A DNA stretch of 64,000 nt from Octopus vulgaris (GCA_951406725.2 OX597817.1:124372001-124436000); one strand, 5' to 3'. Shown: positions 38,613 to 52,503, numbered from the stretch's first letter. Numbers and translations are program-made. Notes: generated by a model from the letters alone, not told the origin.

Positions 38613-39418
38613 ATTCAAACAGACTCTACTGCAATTTTTTTTAACCCCAAGAGGACATCGCCTCTAGCTGGTTACTGGTGCACAGCTGCATCTAATAAAC
38701 TGCAAGCAGGGAAGAGCAAATCCCTACTAACTTCTAGTGACAGGACCAGTAGACCAGTCCTGGATTCAGGCTAGCTATTTCTGTCATCTTTAGCATACGA
38801 AGTATCCAGTATTGGAGAGTAACAGAGATAGCCTGAAACCAGGACTGGTCTACTTGTCCCATCACTAGAAGTTGGCAGGGGTTTACTCCCTTGCTTGCAA
38901 TTTATTGGATGCAGTTCTGCATTGTTAACCATCTAGAGGGGATGTCCTCTCGGGGTTGAAAAAATTGCAGTAGAGTCTGTTTGAATGGACAGCCATGTTG
39001 AAGTAACTATGAAAATTTCTTGATATAACAACTAGAACTAGCATTTTTGCTTGTTGCAAAACAGTGACTGTGTGTTCACTTGAAATATATATATTGTGAG
39101 CAGAGGTCAGCCACTGCCATCTGTAGCACATGAGGTGTCCAATACTGAAGAGTAGCAGAAAAAGCCTGGTCCCATTGCTAGAAGTTGATTGGGGTTTGCT
39201 CCCCTGCTCACAATTTATCAGATGCTGCTCTGCATTGTTAACCAGCTCGAGGAGATGCTCTCTTAGGGTAAAAAAAAAATCACAGCAGAGTCCATTTGAA
39301 TGGACAGTCATGTTAAAGTGGTTACGAATATTACTTGATAGTATAACTACTGCATTGATCTCTTAGAGAGATTTTAGAAATATCATTTTTGCTTGTTGTA
39401 AAATCAGTGATGGTGTGA
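38613..39418. repeat. Long foldback (38613-38986) plus tandem third copy (39139-39418)
   Basis: attcaaacagactctactgcaatttttt...ccagtcctggattcaggcta pairs with tagcctgaaaccaggactgg...aaaaaattgcagtagagtctgtttgaat; right arm recurs directly. Confidence 0.9.
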
Positions 39419-40076
39419 GTGTACACACACACACACAAACACACACACATATGTACATATATACTTACAAGTACTCATGTGTGTATAGTGTTAAACCTAC
39501 ATATTAACATCATAAATGCCAACATTACACTTTGCTGAATTGAAAAAGAGAAAACAATTTGTAAATAATATGCTTATCTTTTTTCTTTGCGAAAACAGAT
39601 CTTATCCTCTTTAAATTTTGATATAAAATAAAATAACATAGAATTCATTTTGTAAAACAAAAACAAAATATCCTATAAAAATTTTCGATATAAGAATTTT
39701 AAGAATATAACTATTTTTTAAAGTAAATCATGACTTTTCATTAAATAAATATAAATAAATCTTCTTAAAAACCCCATGTGCATTTTCAACTTTTTTGCTT
39801 TTACATAGCTATACAAAAAACCATTTATTAGAACTCACTACAATTATTGTCACTCGTCTCAACAAATATTAACCTTAGATAAGTGCAATACCACTGTGTT
39901 CCTCTCATCTGGACTTGCATACGGGCAGCAACGGAAGAACAGATTAAAGTATTGTTAATTAATGAGAAAAAATTGATAAAATGAGTTATATAATAAATTA
40001 ATTAGCCTACAGCTGTTTCAGCAAAGTGAGCAAACAATACTAAGTGATGAAAATTGTTTTGTTTCTTCGATTTCAA

Positions 40077-40160
40077 GCTAGCTCTGAGGAAGCTGAGAAA
40101 AGAGACAATAGTCATTAGGAATTACTCTTTTTTTATTGTTTGAAACAGCTGTAAGATAGT
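40077..40160 (+). ncRNA. Type I hammerhead ribozyme motif with long stem II
   Basis: GCTAGCT-CTGAGGA-[AAAAGAG/CTCTTTT stem]-GAAAC-AGCT-GTA-AGATAGT; palindromic loop III. Confidence 0.65.
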
Positions 40161-40489
40161 AGATTTTCTTATGTAATTTGTGTTCTTTTGCATTTAGTAC
40201 TGGTACACTCACTCACGCATGTCACCACAAGCTCTAGCACTGTCCCCACTACCACTACCACCACCACCTTCATCATTATCATCCTCATCATCATCATTTA
40301 ATGCCCAGATTTCAATTTGACAAAAGCTTCTGGGCTGCATCATATTTCAGTGTCTGCTTTTGCACAGCTTCTATGACTAGATGCCCTTCCTAATGACAAA
40401 TACTCTACAGTATGTTCTAAGTACTTTTCCGTGGTGTCACCAGCACTGATGAAATTGCCATGCAACTTGCAACGCAATAAACCCTGAGA

Positions 40490-41025
40490 GAACAGTTTCA
40501 ATGAGAATACTGTGACTGGTCCTATTTACTTGAACTTGTTGCAAGCATTTCTCATGCAAAGCATTCATGAAAACTTTGAAGCCATGGTATTTTATTTCAA
40601 GCAAGATGGAACACCCCAACACTATCATGGAATCTACATTGATAAGATTTTGCCAAACAGATTGATTGAACAATGAGGTTCAGTAGAATACTCTTTGCAT
40701 TTACTGGACCTATCACCATTAGATGCTGCTTTTTTTTTGCTTTTTTACTTATGGGGATACATAAATGATAAAATTTATAGTGCAAAATTATAATAGTCCA
40801 TATGTTGAAGGCAGTCATTGAATAAGAACTTGCACAAATACTGTATGAAATATAGCTTGATGTTAGTGATTCCATTACTTCACATTATCAGTAGTGCCTG
40901 AATCAGAATGGTCATCAATTTGAAAACAAGCATTCATAAGAAAATATGTAAACTGCATTTATAGATTCTATTAAATTTTGAAGATGAAATGTATTCTAAT
41001 AAAACTGATTTATAATAATCCAATA
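40490..41025 (+). mobile_element. Tc1/mariner-superfamily transposase C-terminal fossil
   Basis: NTVTGPIYLNLL...FYFKQDGTPQHYH...LPNRLI...LDLSPLD...LWGY, matching FQQDGAPPH...SPDLTPLDFFLWGY. Confidence 0.82.
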
Positions 41026-41081
41026 TGCATATATATTTTTTCAACCACTGAGTGTGTGTGTGTGTATATATCTATATCTAA

Positions 41082-41113
<32 letters not shown>

Positions 41114-41147
41114 CTGTGTGTGCATATGCATGTATATATAATATATA

Positions 41148-41310
41148 TGGTTCAGGAGTGGCTATGTGGTAAGTAGCTTGCTTACTAACCACATGCATCC
41201 TGGTTCAGTACCACTGCATGACACATTGGGCAAGTGTCTTCTACTATAACCTCAGGCTGACCAAAACCTTGTGATTGGATTTGGTTGATGGAAAATGAAA
41301 GAAGCCAGTC

Positions 41311-41371
<61 letters not shown>

Positions 41372-41600
41372 CATATACATATGTATATATATGTTTGTGT
41401 GTCTGTGTTTGTCCCCACCACCATCATTTGACAACTGTTGAAGTGTTTACATACCTGTAACTTAGTGATTCGGCAAAAGGGACCAATAGAATAAGTACTA
41501 GGCGTACAAAGAATAAGTTTTGGGATCGATTTGTTCAACTAAAGGCTGTGCTCCAGCATGGCTGCAGTCAAATAACTGAAACAAATAAGAGAAAAAGAGA
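41148..41600 (+). mobile_element. SINE family A
   Basis: Colinear with 19510-19922, expanded internal (TA)n. Confidence 0.92.
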
Positions 41601-41795
41601 ATATACATAGCTCAAATTTATTGAAAAACAAAGACAAAAACAGGTGTAGGAACAACAAGCAAGTGTATTAGTTTGATGCTCAGGAAAAATGGAAACGTCT
41701 TTTACATTTTGAGCCTATGCTCTTTGATAGAAAGGAATAAGAAGAAATAAATAGAGGGAGAATGAAAAGAACATATTGAGTTCAATATTTAACAT

Positions 41796-42050
41796 GAAGG
41801 CATAGCTTAGTGGTTAGAGCATTTGGCTCACAATCACAAGGCCATCACCTTGATACACAGTAGTATGTTATATTCTTGAGCAAGACACTTCATTTCACAT
41901 TGCTCCAGTCCTGTCAGTTAGCAAAGACAAATAGTACCGGTATTTTCAAGAGCCAGCCAATGTCATATTCCGTTTCACACTGAATCCCATTAAAAACTAG
42001 GTTAAGATTACCATGTCTGTGAAGTACTCAGCTACTTGAACGTTAATTTC
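41796..42050 (+). mobile_element. SINE family D, diverged
   Basis: Colinear with 3925-4243. Confidence 0.8.
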
Positions 42051-42141
42051 TTGTTAATTTCACATTCGTTTCATTTTCCACTGATTAGATCGACTGAAAA
42101 ATTCATCATCACAACTGATGTGCCAGTTTCTTTTTTTGATA

Positions 42142-42225
<84 letters not shown>

Positions 42226-42555
42226 TATATAAAAAGGGCTTAGTAAAATAAATTACTTTGCCACATACTGAACTCATTAGAAATAGCAGCCAAAAAAGTT
42301 TTTTTAGCTATTTCTAATACTTAAAGAAAATTTCTCTCAGATAGTGTTTACTCAGAATAACCCACGAATATTATATAATGTAATATTTTGAATTCGCCTT
42401 AAATGGTCCTTTTACATACTGAATACTTGGTGAAATTGATTAATAACTAATTAATTTTACCCTCAATTGTTGAATATATATATATACATATATATATATA
42501 TACATACATGCATACCTACCTACTACATACATACATACATACATACATACATACA

Positions 42556-42589
<34 letters not shown>

Positions 42590-42940
42590 CATAAACATAT
42601 ATACACGCATACATATATACAAAACATGCAGACATAGCGCTGCAATTAAGACGTTTCCTTCCCAATATTGTATTTATAGATTTGATGGAATTGCATGTTA
42701 CTATGGATGCAGGTGTTTCTCCTATAACCATGGGCACTTTTCTAAGTGGAATTGGGAAATGAAAACAGTAGGAAATGTATGTGTATGTGTGTGCTTGTGG
42801 GCTGGTGTATATGTGTATATGTATGTACATAAGTGTGTGCATGTGTATGTATGTGTGTGTCTAGGCATGTGTGCATGTGCTTGTGTCTTCCCATTGCCTT
42901 GATATTGTTTGGGTGAAACTTAAACAATGTTGTTGTTATA

Positions 42941-43802
42941 CAAGGTGATAACAAAAAGTTCCTCGACTAGTTCAGTAGTGCGCCAACAGATGGCAGCACA
43001 TGGTTGCATGCACAGTGACAGGTAACAGTGACCTTCATGAGGCAGTGTGTTGAGTGACATTGTTATGTTTACTTTACAAGTTATGAACTTTGTGTTTTTG
43101 CGATCATGTGTATGCTGCAGTCTGTGATTTTTGTCATGGTCAGGAACGAAGGACCTACATGAAATTTTGTGTTAGACTTGGGAAGTCTGCTATAGAGACA
43201 TTGAGCATGCTTCAACAAGCTGATGGCGATGAGATAATTGATTGTACACAATATTTTGAGTGGCACAGGTGCTTCAAAAGTGGAAGAACAGCCCTAGAAG
43301 ACAATGACCGATCTGGAAGACCTGCCACAAACATCACCCCAAGAAATTTAGTATTGTGCATCAAAAATTCATCCCCCAGGGCCAGACCATCAATCGAGAG
43401 TCCTACTATGTTTTGAAGCATTTCAGAAAGGACATTCAGTGAAAGTGACCAGGTATGTGGAGCGAAAAGAATTGGATTCTTCATGGTAATTGCCAAAAAC
43501 AACATGGTATTGCTTGTGCCAGATTTACCTCCTAAGAAATTCTATCTCTTCACCAAGATTAAAATAGAGCTTAAAGGTCACCATTTTAACACCATTGTTG
43601 AGATCCATAGTGAATCGCAGGAGGTCCTTGACTTGCTTATGGAAAATTACTTCCAGGCCAGATTCCAAAAGTAGCAGGAATGCTGGGACCAGTGTAGTGC
43701 CGCTCAAATGACCATTTTGAAGGAGATGATGTTTAAATTTAGGTAAATAAGTTATTTTTTAATAAAAATAACTAGTCTGAGAACTTTTTTTATACCACCT
43801 TG
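42941..43802 (+). mobile_element. Non-autonomous mariner with both terminal inverted repeats
   Basis: caaggtgataacaaaaagttcctcgactagtt / aactagtctgagaactttttttataccaccttg; ERRTYMKFCVRLGKSA...FEWHRCFKSGRTALEDNDRSGRP. Confidence 0.92.
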
Positions 43803-44972
43803 AATATATGGCATCGTTTGATTTTGTCTTCCATGGTGACATGCAAACTGTTGAGTTCTTCATTGAAAAGATTGGCAGGAAAAATACCTTACTTGAAAAT
43901 AAGTGACAGTTAGTGATAAGAAGTACATCTAACCATAGAATAATTACCTCTGTAAGTCTTGTCTGAGTGAATACTAACAAGGAAAACTAGAAAAGTAGAC
44001 ATTACAACCACACTGATTATACATGTGTATATATGTATGATAATGCATGTATATATATGTATGTATGCATGTATGTGTGTATATTCATGAAGAGACAGTA
44101 TATGTAGATAGGCATATATACATATATGAGTACATACACACACACATACATACATACAAACATACATACATGCATGCATACATACATACATGCATACATG
44201 CATATATACATACATACATACATACATACATGCATACGTACATACCTACATACATACACACACAGACATACACACAGATGCATACATACATGCATACATG
44301 CATACATACATACATACATACATACATACATACGTGTATAAGCAGAAATCCCATAAAATACATTTGACTGGTAGAAATATGTCAATATGTCTTACTTCAC
44401 TTACGATAATTTGTCCCCCATATCCAGCAATAATCTTACGACAGCAGAGTTCTCCTTCCTGATTATCACTGTGTAAAATATCAGTACCACTAAATCAATA
44501 ATACATTTGGCAGTTAATAAGGTAAGACAGATTTTACCAAGTTCAGTTGTACAGTTTTACTAATACTTGTCTTCTGCCAAGCAGCAAACACTGGTCAGTC
44601 CATCACATCAGAAGCTTTAATTAGTTGAGAAACCTGTATAGAAACTAGAAGATTGTAATTATCTAGTTCTTATTGAATAGCAATGAAGATCGCTAACAAA
44701 AAGTTTAATTTGTGGATTTGAACAAAGAGTACCTTTTTGTGTTGAGACAAGAAAGGATTATATATACTACTGTTTAATATGCTAGAAACAGCAGTCAAAA
44801 ACGTACTCAAAACATATTTCACTGTCTTTTTTAGAAGAAAGGAAGAACACATAGAGTCCAAGAGGCCTTTAAAATACAAATTTTGTTATGGTTAGATGCC
44901 TTAGAGCATAGGTCTACTTAATCAAAATCGAACTTCATCCATTAAGCAACTTCTTCCATTTTGTTTCTTCTG

Positions 44973-45380
44973 AAGGCATGACTGTGTGGTAAAGCATCTT
45001 GCTTCCCAACCACATGATTCCAGGTTCAGTCCCACTGCATGACACCTTAGGAAAGTCTCTTCTGCTATAGCCTTGGGCTGACCAAAACCTTGGGAGTGCA
45101 TTTGTTAGACAGAAACTGAAAGAACCTCATTATGTACATATATATGTATATATTTATGTGTGTATATCTTTGTGCCTGTGTTTGTTCCTCTACCATCGCT
45201 TGAAAATCAATGTTGATGTGTTTGCATTCCCGTAACTTAGTGGTTCGGCAAAAGAGATCAATAGGATAAGTACTAGACTTACAAATAATAAGTCCTGGGA
45301 TCAATTTCTTCGACTAAAACTCTTTAAGGCTGTGCTCCAGCATGGCCACAGTCAGCTGACTGAAGCAAGTAGAAGAATGA
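44973..45380 (+). mobile_element. SINE family A
   Basis: Colinear with other A copies. Confidence 0.88.
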
Positions 45381-45533
45381 AATTGTGAAAGAATAAATGA
45401 ATTAGAAATTAATTTGTGCAAAGTAGTCTAAGACAGGCTGAAAAGTTAGTATTTTCTATGAGAAATCTTAAAAGTTTGGAGTAAATTGCCAATGTTTAGT
45501 TCCAGGCCAGCCTTAACTGAGCAGACACATTGT

Positions 45534-45758
45534 TTAATCCTCAAGTATTTAATATAGTCATATCTAGCGCAAATATTCTATGTTTTATGTTAAAACTGAT
45601 CACATCCAACCTCTCACACCTACCCTACAATGTTATTCCAAAAATATACCAGCGCACCATTGAAATCTTGAAGCTACAAGATAATGCAGGATTAATTCAA
45701 AATAATGTGAATAAATAAGCATTACATTTGACAAAGTATCTGAATGCTCAAGGATTAG
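45534..45758 (-). mobile_element. piggyBac-type MITE
   Basis: Reverse complement of 2834-3062. Confidence 0.75.
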
Positions 45759-45860
45759 CAATCCCAACATTTTTAATCGTTGAAACATAACTTTTTTGGT
45801 TTTTTTAAAGACAACAGGATGCAAAGTAGTAAAAATTTGACTGCTATTTCTAGTACTTGA

Positions 45861-46232
45861 GCCCCGTGCTAGTAGGGTGCTAAGAGCACCATCTGAGCAT
45901 GATCGTTGCCAGAGCGGCTAACTGGCTTCCATGCCGGTGGCACGTAAAAGGCACCATTTGAGCGTGATCATTACCAGCATCGCCTTACTGGCACCTGTGC
46001 CAGTGGCATGTGTAAAAAGATTCAAGTGAGGCCATTGCCAGTACCGCCTGACTGGCCCTCATGCCCACTACACACTCGGAGTGGTTGGCATTAGGAAGGG
46101 GATCCAGCTGTAGAATCTCTGCCAGATCAAGATTGGAGCCTGGTACCGCCATCTGGTTTGCCAGCCCTCAGTCAAATCGTCCAACCTATGCTAGCATGGA
46201 AAGCGGACGTTAAACAAGGATGATGATGATGA
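45861..46232 (+). mobile_element. SINE/retroposon family C
   Basis: Tandem modules, ggaaggggatccagctgtag, (GAT)n tail. Confidence 0.88.
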
Positions 46233-46867
46233 TAAGCAACTGCTTAGAGATTCATTTGTCGGCATGGGTTTGAGAAAAGTGTGCTGAATATTTTGTTAGG
46301 TTTTTCAACATTCAATCCTTAAGTGTGTCTTTTGGCAGGACTCAAACCATTCCAGAGAACTTATGCAGCTAAGTGAAGACTGATGTTTCTAAGAAATATG
46401 TATAATCAGTTCACAATGATTATCTTTTAAAGCCTATTAGTTTTAATATTCTCTTTAATAGACGACACTAGCTGTCACCTACTATACTCTCACAATATGA
46501 TCTATGTATAAATAAAGTGTAGCAGCTGCAGTTTATAACTGGTCATACATAATATTTCTCGTTAATTCTTTCTCTTTCCAGCAACTAGAATAGATACTTT
46601 TACTTCTTCGGCATTGGTTTCTCAATCAATATCTGTTATTAGTAATTTCTTCTAATTCTGAAGTCCTCCATTTGGATCAATAAACATGAAACTGCTTTTT
46701 CTCATGTATTTCTGCAAATCATTGAACCTAAATTGTATCAATAATCCACACTGAACATCAACATAGATTCCACTTATTGTCTCAGTTTTATGGTTACATT
46801 GTAGTTAATATATATTATTATGAACAGTATTGCTAGCAACTGACTGTAGGATTCAGATTTCTCATCT

Positions 46868-47174
46868 GGAAGGCACGTGGCTCAGTGGTTAGGGCATCAG
46901 GCTCACTATCACGAGGTAGTTAGTTTGATTCTTGGACTGGGATTTCATATTGCTCCAGTTCATTCATCTGTTGAAATGAGTTGCAACATCACAGGTGCCA
47001 TGCTGTATCAGCCTTTGCCTTTCACTTGGATAGCATCGGTGGTGTGGAGAGAGGAGGCTGGTATGCATGGGCAGTTGCGTGTCTTCCGTAAGTAACCCTA
47101 CCCAGACTTGTGCCTCAGAGAGGCACTTTCTAGGTGCAATCCCATGGTCATTGACTAAAGAGGATCTTTACCCT
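46868..47174 (+). mobile_element. SINE family D variant
   Basis: gaaggcacgtggctcagtggttaggg head, tail ctaggtgcaatcccatggtc. Confidence 0.82.
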
Positions 47175-50100
47175 TGTTATCCTAAGTGCAACAAGTATGG
47201 TGATGTGAAAATAATGTGAAAGCACCTTGGCCCATTGAGAGGCACAAGAAACCTTTTTAATAGGGAGTCCTTATTGAGAACCACTATGTTGTATTAATAC
47301 CATTAAATATTGGCCTTATCCTATATGACATCATAATAAAGATGGTGACAATTGATAAAAAACCACCATCACCACCACTACTACTACTTATGATACAAAA
47401 CTTACTTATCTGATTGACAGAGAGACACAAGAAATAATTCACAAAAATAAGAGTACTTATTAAGTGCCAGCTTGTAAACTTAACATTAATATCAACTTTA
47501 TCTCAGTTGTTAACTAGTAAGTATAGCAATATTCAAAGAGATGCTTTCAAAAAGCAACAGGCAATCATATACTCTGTAATATCATTTGAAGTAGAGGATA
47601 AATCAAGGAATAGTAAGTAAACATAATTGGTAAATCTAGAATTATTGCACACTAAAATGAAGACATAAAACTTAATAATCTTCAGGTATTGATCACAATA
47701 TGGACACCAAAATAATGACAGTTAAAGAACACATTTTAGTACAGTAAAATTCATCAATAACTGACTGATTACAGCTCATGGTGATTTGAATAGGAAAATT
47801 AGTTACACTGTCAATGACTTCTTTATATTGTAGTTCATAACATCCATTTTTAACTCTATAAGGTCAGATTATATTTAAAGGAAAGCCTGAGGAATACTTA
47901 TTGATGTTAGTTCTTTGAATGTGGCATAAGAGAATCCAATGATCAGAATTTAATAATAAAGTGGTACTTAATAGTAATTTCTTAACATGAGTTAAAGGAA
48001 AGACATTTATAGAGAAGAAGGAGAGCCTATTAAAATAAAAACTGTACAATATTGATAATTATTCTCATAAAGTTGGATGATTAATGAGGAGAAAATGGGC
48101 CTGATATAGTTAATTACATATCAGAATATAATGCAGTGTACCTAACTAATAATTTCTTCCACAGGCATAAGGGCTCAAATTTAAGAAAGGGCATAATCAG
48201 TTATATTGGCCTCAGTAGTTGACTGTGGTTTATTTTTTTTTTATTTTGTTGATCTTGAAATTGTGAAAGGCACAGTTGATTTTGGTAGGATTTGAAGTCA
48301 GAATGTAAACAACGGAATCGAAAACACCAAAGCATTTCAGGAGATCCTGCCTATTTATCATCCTAGATTATAGCTACATGTTATTTGGTTTTTATTCTGA
48401 TGGCTGCCTTTCGGTAGTTTCTGACATTTGCCACAATATTCATAGCAATAAAAAAAACGAAATTACTTTCCATCAAAACAACAAAATTCAATAACAACTT
48501 ACGAGCTTCAAAATGACATCTTTCTCTTTCATAAATAACAACATCAAAAATAATTTCAACTGTAGGCCCAGAGCCTGAAATGAAAGCAGGACTAGTTGAT
48601 TATATTGAATCCAGTACTCAAGTGGTACTTATTTCATCAATCTCAAAATAATGAAAAGCAAAATTAACCTTGGTGGAACTTAATTCAGAAAGTAAAGACA
48701 GATGAAGTGTCACTAAAATTTTTTGTCTAGTGTGCTTATGATTCTGCAAGCTCATCACATTAGCAACAATAATTATAATTTGATAATGATGATGAAGAAG
48801 AAAGAAAACCTTGTGTTGCTCATAAGACTACACTTTAATGAAAAAATATGGTAAAACAAAACTACACCAGCTAAAACTCAACATGCAGAAAGACTAAAAA
48901 CACTGTTAGAATAATTTATAGAAAGACTTCTGACATGACTTGAAGAGGATGCTTGCACTGTGACTTCTATAATATATATAATTTATGTAGATATTTTGAA
49001 AGAAGTGCTTAGTATGCCCTGTATGCAATTAGGAAGGGAACTGAGCCATAAAAAAACAGCTATAGAAGGCAGACATTGGAGCAAACAAGATCCTTTGACT
49101 TGTCAAATCCTTTCAAAACATCCTTTCCATGCCAGCATAGAAAATGGCGGTTAAATACTGCTGCTGCTGAGGATGGTGATGATTATGATGACGTCAGTTA
49201 AATAATGTTTCTTTCTAATTTGTAATTGGTGCAACTGAAATTCTCCTTAACGACTCCCTTAAAGACATTGATAAATCACTATAAGAATAAGCATAAGCAT
49301 GTTTCAGAAAGTATCAATACTAGGATGTATAAATATTCATAGAGCATCCTCATGCAGTGTTTGTTAATACTGAACATTTCTATGCCAGTTTTCCAAGACG
49401 TTAAGAATTGTTCTTGAAGAATATAAACTCCTCAAGTATTTTTCAAGCCATTGTTAATAATTATGATAATAGAAATGTGCCAGATGTGTCACTGATACAA
49501 TCAAAGATGCCTTGGATGGCAATGTGTTGTGTATGAGTGAGAGAGCATGAAGAAATGCAAGAAGCAATTAGTCAGAGTAAGATTGCCAGAGTTGTTCAGA
49601 GAAGGTAATTAAGTTTGAGATCTTAATTAAGTTTGCTCCAAAGAGAATATCAGAGATTCTAAGAGCAGGTGAAGTTTATAAACATAGTCAATACATTCTA
49701 ACAAGGTAAAACCACAAACACACAACTAGAAAACTTATTAAACACCAACACAACTAGAAAATGATAAAAATAAATGGAAAATGTATTTAATTTGTCTCTA
49801 ATGACTTAAGCAGCTGGATTTCTTAAACCTAAGTGGAAAATTTAAAAACTGCTGACATGTTATAAAAATCACGTCTGTCTTTTTTAGTTACAGTTCTATC
49901 ACTAACAGTTGACTGATGCATTTGTGCAATGAGTTCTTCATATTATTGCGGGAAAAAAAATAACAGTACATTTTTTTCTGTTTTTTCATAATCATTGTAA
50001 AACTGGAGCAAAAGGGATATATTTAAATCCAGAATTAGCAGGCATTTATGTCTGAAATGCACACATCTTCAACAAAGCAAGAATCTTTTTCTTCATCCTT

Positions 50101-50945
50101 GTCATTGTTTTCTTCTTTATCATTGTCATCATCATCATTGCTTTTACCTCCCCTTTTCTGTGTTGGCTTCTGTTGACAATTTTTGTCTGTGTTTTATGAC
50201 TGGTTGCCCACCCTAGTGCCTACCCTTTTAGTTGCTTCTTGCTGCATGCAGCAATACAGTATGTTGATTCTAAATTTTGGGTACACGCAATATTTAAAAT
50301 ACAAATTAATAAAATCATTAAAGTACTGGATAAAATGCACCCTCCTAAGGGTCAAAATACTGCCCTTTATGATTTGAGTTCAAACCCTTCAATGGCTAAC
50401 TTTGCTTTTCATCCTTTCAGATTTTATCATATAATTTACTGGTCAAGTACAGGGTTGATTTAATTGACTGCATAGAAATAAAAGAAACTGTAGCTTTGTT
50501 CTGAAGTAAGAATTTCATATATATAAGGATTTCTAAAGATTGTTGCAAAGCCATGCATTTGAAGTAAAGAATGTCATTGATATAATCAGCATCAGTACCT
50601 AATTAGTTCTTCTTGAAGCTATGAAAAGATTCAGTTGTTGTCCAATCACACATCAGCACTAATTGAGCAAACATATAATGAAAAGGCATCCGGGCTGTGA
50701 CTACCCAATCCTTTTGTATATAAGAAACTGCATTGTCTAATGTATTCTGATTTTTTTTTTTAAAGATAGAAAGGCGTGATTTAATGGAGATTTGGTGACT
50801 GCTTCTCACAACTAGTGTGACAATACTGAGGCTCACTTATTAGCTTAAGGAAAGTAAAGTTGACCTCAGAGAGATTTTCATTCAGAATATAAAAGGAAGT
50901 AACTAAGAAACGGGCATACATACAAACACATGAATAAATATGTTA

Positions 50946-51484
50946 TGCTTGAGAAGACCCAACAAGCCAAATGAGACCATAACCTTATGGCCTATGCCAG
51001 GGGTGTAACCAGCCCACTTATGCGTACCTTCCCTTCATTGGACACTGCTTGTGAAGAGCTGTTGAGGCAAGTGAAACCGAAATCAAATTCGATGACTGGC
51101 ATCTGTGTTAGTGGAGCACTAAAAGCACCATCTGAGCGTGATCGTTGCCAGAGCGACGAAGTGGCATCTGTGCCGGTGACACGTAAAAAGCACCGTTCGA
51201 GTGTGATAGTTACCAGTGTTGCTTTACTGGCACTTGTGCCAGTGTGCAGGTGGCACTTAAAAAAACACCATTCGGGCGTGGCCGTTGCCAGTTCCATCTG
51301 ACTAGCCTTCATGCCGGTGGCATGTAAAAGCACCCACTATACTCTCGGATCGGTTGGCGTTAGGAAGGGTATCCAGCTGTAGAAACTCTGCCAGATCAAG
51401 ATTGGAGCCTGGTGCAGCCATCTGGTTCACCAGTCCTCAGTCAAATCGTCCAACCCATGCTAGCATGGAAAGCGGACGTTAAAC

Positions 51485-51521
<37 letters not shown>
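50946..51521 (+). mobile_element. SINE/retroposon family C, long copy with four internal modules
   Basis: Modules starting ~51105, 51170, 51237, 51311; (GAT)n tail. Confidence 0.9.
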
Positions 51522-51523
<2 letters not shown>

Positions 51524-51542
51524 TTTTATATCTGCATTCCAT

Positions 51543-51840
51543 GAAAGTGCATGGTTTAGTGGTTGGGTTATATTCAGCTCACGATTGTAAGTACGAAAAC
51601 TGGCAGCACATTGTGTCCTTGAGCAAGACACTTTATTTCACAATACTCCAGTCAATTGTATCTGCTTTCCAAAGGGCCAGCCTTGTCACATTCTGCGTCA
51701 TGCTGAATCTCTGTGAGAACAAAGTTAAGGGTACGTATGTCTGTGGTGTGCTCAACCACTTGCATGTAAATTTCATGAGCAGGCTGTTCTGCTGACTGGA
51801 GCAACTGGAACCCTCAGCATTGCAACCACTGGAGTGCCAG
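51543..51840 (+). mobile_element. SINE family D
   Basis: Colinear with 3925-4243. Confidence 0.85.
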
Positions 51841-52459
51841 TAGTATATCTGCATTCTATTGGGGTTTCTAAATAAATAAATAAATATACACGCAAATATA
51901 CACATATATGTATGCATAAATCAATGTGTACAGTTCTATATATATCCATTACAGTCAATCTTCCCAATCAGTTTCACACTGGGGGGTACTACAAGATTTT
52001 AGGTAACAGTCTGATTATGTAAATCAACAACCTCAAGTAACTTACCCTTAACAAAAATACATATACACGCATCGGGCATGTGGAAGAGAGTGTAATTCAG
52101 CAGGAGGACTTAAACGACATGCAAAGGTACATGAAGCCCAGTTACAACTACAGCCGGCTATTACCAGTAAAGGTTTTAGTTGCCAATTTTGTACAAGACA
52201 TTGTAGATCTTTAGCTGGGCTAAAAAGTCACATTCGATCACAGCACCAGTAACAGTTAAGCTTCGTGCAATGGCCATACTCGATAACGAGGGGGCAGCCA
52301 TAATATATATATATATATATATATAAACAAAGTCAGAATGCGATAAAATAAAATTAATTATTATCGCTGGTGTTTCTAGCACAGGCCATATATTATTCAT
52401 ATATAAGTACACTAAACGGCGAAGTATGTACTAGAAACACAGAAGCTTGATAAATTTAG

Positions 52460-52503
<44 letters not shown>

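Noticed and set aside
51100-51340. CRISPR-like repeat-spacer appearance
   Set aside because: Eukaryotic retroposon context, degenerate repeats, spacers only about 10 nt and no cas genes
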